From an uncultured Bdellovibrio sp. (GTDB lineage: Bacteria > Bdellovibrionota > Bdellovibrionia > Bdellovibrionales > Bdellovibrionaceae), in assembly GCA_963932905.1 (NCBI GenBank), contig CAWVRN010000001.1, positions 256,001 to 320,000 of the forward strand: a stretch of 64,000 nt of DNA. The letters run 5' to 3'. The notes beneath the pieces were generated by a model. The model made no database searches, was not told the DNA's origin, and saw nothing but the letters and a program-made list of their open reading frames with translations. Below are positions 48,821 to 58,585 of the stretch, piece after piece (the first letter of the stretch is position 1; every line of letters starts with the position of its first letter). Made by a program: the position numbers and the translations under genes.

Positions 48821-50165
48821 AACCACTATCTTTAAATGCGTACTAGGCGTACTGGCGGTATCATCCGTCTTTCTAGTTTCATCTGCACAGGAGCGATACT
48901 CGGAGCTTCAAAACTTCAGCAAGGTTTTGAATCTGATTCAGCAATACTATGTAGAAGAGGTTGATACTAAAAAATTAATTCAAGGTGCGATTAAGGGTAT
49001 GTTGAAGGAACTAGATCCACACACGAGTTTTATGGCAGCCGATGTGTTCAAAGAATTCGAGACAGAAACAAGTGGTGAGTTTGGCGGACTTGGGATCGAG
49101 ATGTCGATTCAAAATGGCGTCTTGACAATTATTTCTCCTATCGAGGATACACCTGCTTGGATTGCTGGTGTTAAGCCGGGTGATAAGGTTATTGCGATCG
49201 ACAAAAAATCCACTAAAGGTTTAAGTCTTGTAGAAGCATCCCAATATATTCGCGGAAAAAATGGAACGAAGGTCGTTTTAAAAATCGTTCGTGAATCAAG
49301 TCCAAGCCCAATTGACATTACAATCACGCGCGGCCAAGTAAAAATCAAATCTGTCAAATACACGGACATGGAAGATGGCTACGCTTATGTTCGCGTCACT
49401 AGCTTCATAGAAAATACAGCAAAAGATTTAGAAAAAGCTCTAGATAAGCACGTCGAAAAACATAAAAAAATAGAAGGTCTAATTATCGATTTGCGTCGAA
49501 ACCCGGGCGGCTTGCTTGATCAAGCGATCAAAATGAGTGACCTGTTTTTGGCCGACGGCGTGATTGTAAGTACAATCGGTAGAAATAAAAAAGAAAAAGA
49601 AGTATCTATGGCGTCTAAAAAGGCGAAATTTAAAGAGTGTCCACTGATCGTTTTAGTAAACGAATACTCTGCCAGTGCGAGTGAGATTGTTTCCGGTGCC
49701 TTACAAGACAACAAGCGCGCTTTGATCGCTGGTGAGCGCACATTTGGTAAAGGCTCTGTTCAATCTATCGTTAAACTTCCCGATGGCAGCGGCTTGAAGT
49801 TAACTGTGGCTCGTTACTACACACCACGCGGTATTTCGATACAAGCAGAAGGCATTAAGCCAGATATTGAGATTGAAGATATCGAAGCCGAAGCATTTGC
49901 TAAAGCGATTATTAAGCAAAAAGGTTCACGCGAAAAAGATATTCAAGGTCACTTGAAAGGCGATCGTGAAGATCAAGAAGACGCGGCAGAAGGTGATAAA
50001 AAACAAAATATCAGCAGCAATGCGACCTCTTGGTGGAACGACGTATCGGCAACCAAAGATGAAAATTTGTCACCTAAAATGAAAATGCTAAAAAACGATT
50101 TCCAAGTGTATCAAGCCTTTAATTACTTGAAGACATGGAAGAGCTTAAAGGTTATGACTAAATGA
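48807..50165 (+). CDS. ctpA: C-terminal processing protease (S41, PDZ)
   Basis: LDPHT, GGLGI, DLRRNPGG, SASASEI, GKGSVQ, TVARYYTP. Confidence 0.93.
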   Translation: MKATRTTIFKCVLGVLAVSSVFLVSSAQERYSELQNFSKVLNLIQQYYVEEVDTKKLIQGAIKGMLKELDPHTSFMAADVFKEFETETSGEFGGLGIEMSIQNGVLTIISPIEDTPAWIAGVKPGDKVIAIDKKSTKGLSLVEASQYIRGKNGTKVVLKIVRESSPSPIDITITRGQVKIKSVKYTDMEDGYAYVRVTSFIENTAKDLEKALDKHVEKHKKIEGLIIDLRRNPGGLLDQAIKMSDLFLADGVIVSTIGRNKKEKEVSMASKKAKFKECPLIVLVNEYSASASEIVSGALQDNKRALIAGERTFGKGSVQSIVKLPDGSGLKLTVARYYTPRGISIQAEGIKPDIEIEDIEAEAFAKAIIKQKGSREKDIQGHLKGDREDQEDAAEGDKKQNISSNATSWWNDVSATKDENLSPKMKMLKNDFQVYQAFNYLKTWKSLKVMTK

Positions 50166-50800
50166 TGAATCTAATCACCCTACTGATCATGCTTAGTTTT
50201 ACAGCTGTAAATGCCGAACCCAAGTCGGAATCTAAAAAAGATCAGAAGAAGGTAAAGGAAACAAACGTCGTGAAAAACATAGTCGAATCTAGCAAAGCAA
50301 AAAAAGATGGCGAAGTGTGCGAACTACCTAAATCAGACGCCGAGTTAAGAAAGTTATTATCTCCGGAGCAATATCGGATTATGAAAGAAAACGGTACCGA
50401 GCGACCGTTTGACAATAAGTACTGGAATAACAAACATCCAGGTATCTATGTCGATCTAATTTCTAATGAAGCTTTGTTCAGTTCTAAGGATAAATTTGAC
50501 TCTGGTTCCGGTTGGCCCAGTTTTACCAAACCAATTAAAGATGAACGTGTGATAGAAAAGAAAGATTCGTCACACGGCATGACTCGAACTGAAGTTAGAT
50601 CTAAAACAGCGGATGCGCATCTAGGCCACGTTTTTGATGACGGACCTGCGGAAACTGGTGGGTTACGCTTTTGTATTAATTCAGCGGCGCTGAAGTTTGT
50701 TCCATTGGAAAAAATGGAAGAAATGGGTTACGAAAAATTCCTTCCATTATTCGATAAAAAAGATTGGGAAAAAGCGAATAAAGAGCCTTACAAAAATTAG
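50162..50800 (+). CDS. msrB: Peptide-methionine (R)-S-oxide reductase with a signal peptide
   Basis: GTERPF, KFDSGSGWPSF, HLGHVFDDGP, RFCINS. Confidence 0.95.
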   Translation: MMNLITLLIMLSFTAVNAEPKSESKKDQKKVKETNVVKNIVESSKAKKDGEVCELPKSDAELRKLLSPEQYRIMKENGTERPFDNKYWNNKHPGIYVDLISNEALFSSKDKFDSGSGWPSFTKPIKDERVIEKKDSSHGMTRTEVRSKTADAHLGHVFDDGPAETGGLRFCINSAALKFVPLEKMEEMGYEKFLPLFDKKDWEKANKEPYKN

Positions 50801-50805
50801 TTCCT

Positions 50806-51282
50806 TTGAGAATTCCTAAACGACTATTTCAGATATATACACTGGCCCAAGGCGATACGCTTTGGGATATAGGTTGTGATCATTCATTGTTAGCGCTAAT
50901 TAATTTGCGTGAAAAAAAATTCTCTAAAGTTTATTGTGTCGATAAATCAAAAGCCTCGCTAGAAAAAATATCTCAAACGATGCGAATCCTTGATCCTTCT
51001 AGGATTGGTTTAGTTCTATCCGATGGCTGCTTGCTAAACTGGGAGGAAGTAAAGGGCACCGTTGTTATTGCAGGCGTGGGTGGCAATACCGTCTTAAAAG
51101 TTCTTGCATCGTGCCCGGACAACATTCGCGATCGCCTGACCTGGGTTCTGAATCCATTCACTAGTGTGGATAAGTTTACCAAGGAAATTGGTCGATTTTT
51201 ACCAGAAACGCGCATGGAATGCTTTGAGGCCAAAGAAAAAGGTCGCGTTCGTCGTATATTTCGGTATTCCGCAGTTGAATAA
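50806..51282 (+). CDS. TrmK-like SAM-dependent methyltransferase (short form)
   Basis: WDIGCDH, SDG, IAGVGG, VLNP. Confidence 0.7.
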   Translation: MRIPKRLFQIYTLAQGDTLWDIGCDHSLLALINLREKKFSKVYCVDKSKASLEKISQTMRILDPSRIGLVLSDGCLLNWEEVKGTVVIAGVGGNTVLKVLASCPDNIRDRLTWVLNPFTSVDKFTKEIGRFLPETRMECFEAKEKGRVRRIFRYSAVE

Positions 51283-51330
51283 ATTACAGTGTGGTTGTGA
51301 GTTTCATTTATTTTAGTTAGTCTTTAATTC

Positions 51331-52338
51331 ATGAAAAATATTTTATCTATTCAATTGGCGATTTTTTATTTTCTATTAACAGGATCGGTTTTTGCGGTTT
51401 CGGAAAACGACTTGGGAAAGATCTATTTCTCTGAAGTGGTTCCTTTGTTAAATGAGAAATCTAAGAGCGATTTTTTTATTGGAAAAGAGAACAAAAAGAT
51501 TCACTATTTTCATTACGAAAGCGCGAACGCTAAAGGCGTATTGGTGATTTCTCCCGGGCAAGCGGAACCGGCTCTTAAATATGCAGAGTTAGTTTATGAT
51601 TTAAAAGACGCTGGTTATGATATTTTCGTAATTGATCACCGCGGACAAGGTGCTTCTGAACGACTACTAGAAGATCCTGTAAAATCCCATGTGGAAAAGT
51701 TCCAGTATTATGTGGATGACTTAGCTACTTTTGTGAAAACCATCGTGCATCCGGAAAACTACCCAAATTCAATCTTACTAGGTCATTCCATGGGCGGCGC
51801 TATTGCGTCTGGTTTGTCTGCTCTTCATGGAAAACTATTTAAGCATATTGTTCTGTCAGCACCGATGATTCAGATCGAAACCAACCCATATCCTGAGGTT
51901 CTAGCGTTGGGTTTAGCTCATGTTCTAAGCGCCGCAGGAAAGTCTATTAGTTATGCTCCAAAGCAAAAACCTTATAATCCGGATGAAAAATTTTCCGACC
52001 AGAACACAACGCATAGTTGGCTTCGTTTTCGTTTGGAACAAGAACTATGGAAGATTTACCCACAGCTGCCGCTTGGGGGCACCACCGTTAATTGGGTGAA
52101 AACAAGCCTTGATTGGACTCTAAAGATCAGAAAAGTGAAGAACGTCTTCCGCGTGCCAACGACGTTATTCCAAGCTACTAACGATAAATGGGTGAAATCG
52201 CGTGGTCAGAATCAAATATGTGCAGCTAGCCCGTCTGTTTGTAAAATCACAGTCGTTCAAGGTTCACGTCATGAAATTCTATTCGAAAGTGATGAGTACC
52301 GCAATTTGATACTAACCCATCTAAAATCTCTGCTTTAA
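51331..52338 (+). CDS. Secreted lysophospholipase-like (PldB-like) alpha/beta hydrolase
   Basis: DHRGQGAS, GHSMGG, SAPM, RHEILFE; signal peptide. Confidence 0.88.
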   Translation: MKNILSIQLAIFYFLLTGSVFAVSENDLGKIYFSEVVPLLNEKSKSDFFIGKENKKIHYFHYESANAKGVLVISPGQAEPALKYAELVYDLKDAGYDIFVIDHRGQGASERLLEDPVKSHVEKFQYYVDDLATFVKTIVHPENYPNSILLGHSMGGAIASGLSALHGKLFKHIVLSAPMIQIETNPYPEVLALGLAHVLSAAGKSISYAPKQKPYNPDEKFSDQNTTHSWLRFRLEQELWKIYPQLPLGGTTVNWVKTSLDWTLKIRKVKNVFRVPTTLFQATNDKWVKSRGQNQICAASPSVCKITVVQGSRHEILFESDEYRNLILTHLKSLL

Positions 52339-52456
52339 AAAGCGAACAAACTTTAGACGATTTGAAAATAGCGACGTAAATGGTCGCTTTGTCTAAATGT
52401 CTACAGTGGAATATCAAAATAGCTTAACGTAGAACTTTGTTTTCGAGAGGCTATTT

Positions 52457-52870
52457 ATGAAAAATAAAATTCGTATTTTAAAAAGAATCATGTTCCTACT
52501 ATTTATTGCGCTGGGATTAAACGCATTCACGAGCCCATCACAACACGATTCAATCATGTACGATATCACAGAAGGCAAAATTCAGGCGACTGAAGCCGAC
52601 GGCTTGTTGACACGGCAAATGAATCAAGCTCAACAAGACTACACTGAAATGAATATTCGCTTTGACGCTTTAGCATTACAATCAGAGTCTACAGGTGATT
52701 CACCTCGCTTATCTGGTTTGTCGCAAGTTTTATACGTATATGATCAAGAAGTAAAAGCCGTTAAGCTTTACCAATTAGATCAAAAACAACAGAAGGCGTT
52801 CTTTACTCATTTAGCTTCTTTGAAGAAAGAATTCTACACAGCGCTAGCAGCGGTATCTGAACAAAAGTAG
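52457..52870 (+). CDS. Secreted hypothetical protein
   Basis: Signal peptide; helical; GAGG RBS. Confidence 0.65.
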   Translation: MKNKIRILKRIMFLLFIALGLNAFTSPSQHDSIMYDITEGKIQATEADGLLTRQMNQAQQDYTEMNIRFDALALQSESTGDSPRLSGLSQVLYVYDQEVKAVKLYQLDQKQQKAFFTHLASLKKEFYTALAAVSEQK

Positions 52871-53191
52871 TTGCATGCACTTGTACTACATTCGTAGTAA
52901 CACTTCCGTCTAAGTCTTGGGAATTTTCGTCGAGGCTTGAAAGTACATCGATCGCTCATCTTCAGGAAAGCTAGACTAGACGCGGATCTTAAGTCTAGCT
53001 CTTGTGATTTTAGTCTAGTGACTTCCTAGATCTTCATCCTGAAAAACTCCGTTAAAAAATAATCAAAGACTCAAGAATAGGAAAAAATTGCTCCTAATTT
53101 TTTAAAACTGTACTGAGGTCTCGTTTAGGCCAGGCAAAAATTACCCGTATAGGTAGGTACAACACAACATACCTTAACGGAGGGTAACTAA

Positions 53192-54025
53192 ATGGGAATG
53201 AGAGTATCGACAAACATCGCGTCTGTAAATGCACAGAGACAATTATCAGGTAGCCAAAAATCGATTCAAAAATCGATGCAACAGCTTGCCTCAGGAAGCC
53301 GAATCAATATCGCAGCTGATGATGCTGCTGGATTGGCGATTTCTGAAAATTTAAAAGCGTCAGCAAGATCAGCTGCACAAGCAAAACGTAACGCTAGTGA
53401 TGGTATCTCGATGATCCAAACTGCAGAGGGTGGATTAAACGAAATTTCAAACATCGTAGTTCGTTTACGTGAACTAGGCATCCAAGCCGCTTCAGATACA
53501 GTAGGTGATACTGAGCGTGGATTCCTAAATAAAGAGGTCGTACAGTTAAAAAGTGAGATGCAACGTATCTCTAACGTAACTACTTGGGGAAAAACAAAAC
53601 TTCTAGATGGATCAACTCCAACTTTTGATTTCCAAGTCGGCCTATATAATGACAAAGAAAATAGCGTAATCTCGTTTGATTCTTCTGAAAATGAAGCAAC
53701 ACTATCGGCACTAGGTTTAGATGGCGTTGATTTTTCAACTAAAGAAGGCGCACAAGATGCACTAGATAGTTTAGACAGCGCTTTAAGTGGCGTAAATGGA
53801 ATGCGCGCTAATTTAGGTGCGATCCAAAATAGATTGTACTCAACAGTAGATAACTTAGGTGTACAAGAAGAGAATATTTTGTCTGCAAATAGCCGTATCC
53901 GCGATACAGACGTAGCGCAAGCCTCATCTGAAATGGTAAGAAATAACATCTTACTTCAAGCTGGTACTTCGACTTTGGCTCAGGCAAATTCAAATAATCA
54001 AATGGCTTTAAAACTTATCGGTTAA
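53192..54025 (+). CDS. fliC: Flagellin
   Basis: RVSTN, LASGSRINIAADDAAGLAISE, RANLGAIQNRL, SRIRDTDVA; short variable region. Confidence 0.97.
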   Translation: MGMRVSTNIASVNAQRQLSGSQKSIQKSMQQLASGSRINIAADDAAGLAISENLKASARSAAQAKRNASDGISMIQTAEGGLNEISNIVVRLRELGIQAASDTVGDTERGFLNKEVVQLKSEMQRISNVTTWGKTKLLDGSTPTFDFQVGLYNDKENSVISFDSSENEATLSALGLDGVDFSTKEGAQDALDSLDSALSGVNGMRANLGAIQNRLYSTVDNLGVQEENILSANSRIRDTDVAQASSEMVRNNILLQAGTSTLAQANSNNQMALKLIG

Positions 54026-54062
54026 CCCATAGCTGGTAAGGTTACTGTTACGAACTCCGTTG

Positions 54063-54092
54063 CTAGCGCCGGGTGGTCTGGCGCTAGTTTTT
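54063..54092 (+). terminator. Intrinsic terminator after the flagellin gene
   Basis: CTAGCGCC...GGCGCTAG followed by TTTTT. Confidence 0.8.
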
Positions 54093-54147
54093 ATACGGAA
54101 AAAGAAGAGAGTCTGGAATAAAATTCCAAACTCTAAGGGTCATGATA

Positions 54148-55464
54148 TTAATTTTCTTCGTTCTTTAGGTCTTTTGCGGAAACTTCTTTGATTTTTACAG
54201 TTTCCATTAGCTTCTTGATAACGTTCTCTTCAGTGATTTGATACGTTAAGCGGCTCAGAGTATCTTGTTTAGAGTAGAATTCGCGAATGCGAGCTTCTTC
54301 GATACCTGTTTGAGCAGCGTATTCCGCAAATTTGCGGTCTAAATCATCGGCTTTGCAGATTAGGTCATATTTCTTACCGATAGCATCGATTAAGAAACTA
54401 GACTGAATCATCTCGCCAGCTGTTTTTTCAAAATCTTTGTCCCATTTAGCAATGTACTCAGTCATTGTAGCTTCGTCCATTTGCTGTTGACCCATACGTT
54501 TTTTGAAATCTTCAATTAACATATTTTTTTGATCTTTAAGTAAAGAAGCGGGAACGTCTACAGGATTTTCTTTAACTAGTGCTTTTAACAAACGATTTTT
54601 GAAAGCGTCATCAATACGTTTGATTTCTGAACCTTCAAGATCGTTACGAACCACTTTGCGGAACTCTTCAACGGAAGCAACACCAGAACCAGTTGATTTT
54701 ATGAATTCATCATTAATTTCTGGAAGTACTTTTGTACGTAATGCATTTAATTTTACTTTGAAAGTAACGGACTTCCCTTCAAGTTCTTTAGCATGATATG
54801 GAGTTGGGAATTTTAAGTTAAGCGTTTTTTCTTCGCCTACTTTCATTCCCACAACACCTTCTTCAAAACCTTCGATGAATTGTTTTGAACCAAGTTCTAA
54901 TTGTTGATCAGTGCCAGAACCATTTTCAAGCGGAGCACCGTCTACTTCACCGCTGAAATCAATAACAGAAAAATCGCCTAATTTAGCAGCGCGAGGTTCT
55001 GTCACGTTTTCAAATGTAGCGCGTGAGTTTTGGATGTTTTTGATAACTTCATCGATTTTGTCTTCAGAAAAATCTAGTTTTTCTTTTTCAACAGTTAAGT
55101 TTTCATATTTTTTCAAAGTTACATCTGGGCGAATATCAAAAATAGCCGAAAAGTTGAATTCTTTGTCTTCAGCTAAATCATCAAATTCGAACTCAGGGTA
55201 TGAAACTGGTTCTAATTTGTGCTCTGACAGAGCCATAGAATAGTGCTTTTGAATAAGATCTTGAATTACGTCTTGTTTAACTCTGTTTTGATAAAGGCTT
55301 TTGATTGTGTTCATTGGCGCTTTACCCTTTCTGAAGCCTTTGATAGTTACTTCAGATTGAATATCGCGATAAACCTTGTCGAAACTAGTTTGGATGTCGG
55401 TGACAGGCACAGCCACGTTAAGCTTGCGTTGTAAAGACGTCACTTTTTCCACGTTTGATTTCAT
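54148..55464 (-). CDS. tig: Trigger factor
   Basis: GFRKGKAP, IDFSG, FIEGFEEG, FPTPYHA. Confidence 0.97.
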   Translation of the reverse strand: MKSNVEKVTSLQRKLNVAVPVTDIQTSFDKVYRDIQSEVTIKGFRKGKAPMNTIKSLYQNRVKQDVIQDLIQKHYSMALSEHKLEPVSYPEFEFDDLAEDKEFNFSAIFDIRPDVTLKKYENLTVEKEKLDFSEDKIDEVIKNIQNSRATFENVTEPRAAKLGDFSVIDFSGEVDGAPLENGSGTDQQLELGSKQFIEGFEEGVVGMKVGEEKTLNLKFPTPYHAKELEGKSVTFKVKLNALRTKVLPEINDEFIKSTGSGVASVEEFRKVVRNDLEGSEIKRIDDAFKNRLLKALVKENPVDVPASLLKDQKNMLIEDFKKRMGQQQMDEATMTEYIAKWDKDFEKTAGEMIQSSFLIDAIGKKYDLICKADDLDRKFAEYAAQTGIEEARIREFYSKQDTLSRLTYQITEENVIKKLMETVKIKEVSAKDLKNEEN

Positions 55465-55570
55465 GAAAAACTCCTGTATTTTGTATGTACGTGTTGAAAC
55501 GGTCGGATACTAGGTGACAGGTTGAAGAAAATCAAGCACTTATGCTAGTTCTTTTGAGGCAGGATAATTA

Positions 55571-56422
55571 ATGCAAAAAATAGTTTTTGTTACTGGAAAA
55601 GGGGGCGTGGGGAAGTCGATCTATGCGGCGGCCTTGGCTCAGAAATATTCCATGCAGGGCAAACGCACGCTTTTAGTGGAATTAGGCGATGAAAGCTTTT
55701 TTAAAACCTTCTTCGGACTGCCTCAAGTTCAATATACACCAACTAAAACTAAAAATGGGTTTGAGGTGGCGCTCTGGTCCGGCGGCGAAGCGCTTAAAGA
55801 GTACGCTCTGCATTTATTAAAATCGGAAGCTGTCTATCGCCTTTTCTTTGAAAACAAGGTCAGCCGAGCCCTGATTCACATAGCGCCGGGATTGCCGGAA
55901 CTGGCGATTTTAGGAAAAATTACATCGGGTCCCCGTCACCATGGTCCATCGTCTCCGCATGATGTGATTATTGTCGATGCATTTGCAACCGGGCATTTCC
56001 TAGCATTGATGAGAGCCCCTAAAGGTATGGCTCAGGCAATTAGTTTTGGTCCGATGGGTGAACAGAGCCGCAGTATTATGAAAACGGTCGTAGATTCTTC
56101 AATTTGTGACTATCACATCGTAACGCTAGCTGAAGAGCTTCCCATCAAAGAAACGATCGAGCTTTATGATCAACTGAAAACTGAATTTAATATTTCAGCC
56201 GATATTATTTTAAATAAAAAATTAAATACGTCTTTGCAATCGAATGAATTGAATTCGGATGATAACGAATTTGTTAAATACGTGAAAGAAACGCTTACTC
56301 GTGAAGAAGACGCACGCAAACGCCTACAGGAAAAAAACCTTAGTCCGTTTGAAGTGCCGTTCATTTATGACAAAACTTCCTATGAATTGATTGAACAAAT
56401 TGCGACGGGGATAAAACTATGA
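55571..56422 (+). CDS. ArsA/Get3-like ATPase, subunit 1
   Basis: GKGGVGKS, APGLPEL, DAFATGH, LAEELP. Confidence 0.85.
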   Translation: MQKIVFVTGKGGVGKSIYAAALAQKYSMQGKRTLLVELGDESFFKTFFGLPQVQYTPTKTKNGFEVALWSGGEALKEYALHLLKSEAVYRLFFENKVSRALIHIAPGLPELAILGKITSGPRHHGPSSPHDVIIVDAFATGHFLALMRAPKGMAQAISFGPMGEQSRSIMKTVVDSSICDYHIVTLAEELPIKETIELYDQLKTEFNISADIILNKKLNTSLQSNELNSDDNEFVKYVKETLTREEDARKRLQEKNLSPFEVPFIYDKTSYELIEQIATGIKL

Positions 56423-57489
56423 AATCAACACAAGTCGTAGTTTGTATTGGTTGTGGCGGTGTCGGAAAAACTACGGTATCTGCGTCTTTGGGGTATATGC
56501 TAGCAGATCAAGGTTACAAAACTTTGGTGTTAACAATTGACCCAGCAAAACGTTTGGCTACGACTTTAGGTATCGAAGGCACCAAAGAAATTACGGAAGT
56601 ACCTGGAGTTCAGTTAAAAGGAAAACTATTTGCGTCCGTGATTGATCACCAAACAGTGTTTAATGAATTCATCAAACGTGCCTCTGGTGCGGGCGCGGAC
56701 GTAACACCTATTTTTAGAAATAAACTATATCAACAAATGTCGACGACACTAAGCGGATCTCAAGAGTTCACAGCTTTAGAAAAACTTTACAGTGCCTATG
56801 AGAGCGGTGAATACGATTGGATTGTGCTGGATACTCCGCCATCGAAACACGCAATTGATTTCTTAAACGCTCCTCAGAAATTATCAGCATTGTTTAATGA
56901 TAGCGTAGCTAAATGGCTTCGCAACAGTGATGGCAAAGGTGGTTTGCTAAGCCAAATTATTTCGTCGGGTACGCGCCAGGTGATCCAGATTCTAGAAAGA
57001 TTAACTGGTTCTGAGTTTGTAAAAGAATTGCGTCTGTTTTTTTTCTATATTCATGCTTGGCAGGATAAATTAGAAAATAGAATTGTGCAGGTGCATAACT
57101 TATTAATCAGCGACAAAACACGCTTTTTTTTAATTTCAAGTTTGGACGAAGTGAAAATGACCGAGGCTTTGAATTTGGGGCAAGAAGTTCGCAAGCAAGG
57201 GTATCAACTGACCAAAATAATTATCAATAAATCACGGTTCGAGAAAACGTTTGATTTCAAGGTAGGTCCAGGCAGCACCCAATCGGCAGCGTCGTTAAAA
57301 GAGCTAGAGTTATTTAAAGTCTCTTTTGAGAAATACATCGCTCAGCGGGAAGAATTGTTACATAAATTTGAAAACTCGGTAGCGAACAGAATAGAATTGG
57401 TCTCGCTCAAAGAGTACCTCGACCCTATTTCAGATACTGATAATCTGAAATTGATTGCTTTTGACCTGAGTCAAAAAATAAAATTGTAG
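56419..57489 (+). CDS. ArsA/Get3-like ATPase, subunit 2
   Basis: GCGGVGKTT, TIDPAKRLA, GSQEFTA, LDTPPS..A.DFL.AP. Confidence 0.88.
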   Translation: MKSTQVVVCIGCGGVGKTTVSASLGYMLADQGYKTLVLTIDPAKRLATTLGIEGTKEITEVPGVQLKGKLFASVIDHQTVFNEFIKRASGAGADVTPIFRNKLYQQMSTTLSGSQEFTALEKLYSAYESGEYDWIVLDTPPSKHAIDFLNAPQKLSALFNDSVAKWLRNSDGKGGLLSQIISSGTRQVIQILERLTGSEFVKELRLFFFYIHAWQDKLENRIVQVHNLLISDKTRFFLISSLDEVKMTEALNLGQEVRKQGYQLTKIIINKSRFEKTFDFKVGPGSTQSAASLKELELFKVSFEKYIAQREELLHKFENSVANRIELVSLKEYLDPISDTDNLKLIAFDLSQKIKL

Positions 57490-57501
57490 GGGGAAGGCGA
57501 A

Positions 57502-58581
57502 ATGAGTTTTAAATGCAAAGTTACTAGTGCTATCTGTCTGGCTCTCTGTTTTGTTGTTTTAAGTTGCGTATCGAAAGAAGTGGTAAAAGAAGATCCCATT
57601 TTACCCGACACGTCTCAAGTAGACGCTCAAGAGTTGGATAAAATTTTTCTTATGGAAGATAATTCGGCTTTTGAATCGAAGAAAGAAGCGTATTTAAAAA
57701 CGCATCCAAATTCTATTTACGTACAATATGTGCAGTTACTTTCTAGTAAGATGTATCTGAAAAAAAATATGTTGAATGAAGCGCTAGTGACCAATGCGGA
57801 TGTGCAAAACAAAACGTTTAATGCCAATAAAGAAATATATTACTTAGCATTGTTTGAAAGTGCCGATATTTATGAAGCCCAAGAGAAATACGATAAATCG
57901 CTAGCGGCCTTGGTTGAAGCTGAAAAGAACAAAACATATTTGCCTGCGAAGAAACGACTTTTTGAATTGCCGTTAAAATTGTCAGTGGCGTACTCTCGTC
58001 TGAATCTAACGGAACTTACATTTAAATATATCAAAGAAACCCAAAACGGTCTGAATGAATATTTAAAAATGGAAGCACTAGATAACGCGGCTTTGGCTAA
58101 GTTGTATTTAGAAATTGGTGGTGGACTGACGCAGTGGCAATCCAATGACTTTTCGTTAGAGCTAAGAAAATTTTTAATGACGTATAAATTCTTAGTGTAT
58201 TCGATGAATCGAAACGATGCGGCGTTCTCTGAGAAAGCACAGAAAAAACTGAAATCACAAATTCAGTGGATCTGGAATTTGAGCCAAACACAGCGTTCTT
58301 CTCCAGATTTAGATAGATTAGAAGAGGAAAAAAGTCAGTTTCTAAAAATGACTGAGTTTTCTAAGTTGCTAAATTCAGTCAAAATGTTTGAACCATTAGA
58401 GGGACAAAAGAAGTCGCCTCTACAGGAAGAGTTTTTTTCGTATGTAGAACAAGTTCAAGATGTTGTGTTAGAGAAAATATTTGCTCAGTACAAGTACACA
58501 CCTCCAACGCAAGAATCCTTCAGACACCAAATATTTCGAGATAATCTAACAATTGAAAATTTGGAAAACCAATACAAGTAA
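57502..58581 (+). CDS. Hypothetical helical (TPR-like) lipoprotein
   Basis: Lipobox VLSC; all-alpha pattern. Confidence 0.7.
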   Translation: MSFKCKVTSAICLALCFVVLSCVSKEVVKEDPILPDTSQVDAQELDKIFLMEDNSAFESKKEAYLKTHPNSIYVQYVQLLSSKMYLKKNMLNEALVTNADVQNKTFNANKEIYYLALFESADIYEAQEKYDKSLAALVEAEKNKTYLPAKKRLFELPLKLSVAYSRLNLTELTFKYIKETQNGLNEYLKMEALDNAALAKLYLEIGGGLTQWQSNDFSLELRKFLMTYKFLVYSMNRNDAAFSEKAQKKLKSQIQWIWNLSQTQRSSPDLDRLEEEKSQFLKMTEFSKLLNSVKMFEPLEGQKKSPLQEEFFSYVEQVQDVVLEKIFAQYKYTPPTQESFRHQIFRDNLTIENLENQYK

Positions 58582-58585
58582 GGAA

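Noticed and set aside
52905..52966. Hammerhead ribozyme on the minus strand (CTGAAGA...GAAA)
   Set aside because: The stem II closing pair and the stem III/cleavage triplet do not form.
53266..53949. 227-aa antisense ORF inside the flagellin gene, and similar shadows over rho, murA, tig, ctpA and envC
   Set aside because: These are reverse-frame shadows of strongly supported genes.
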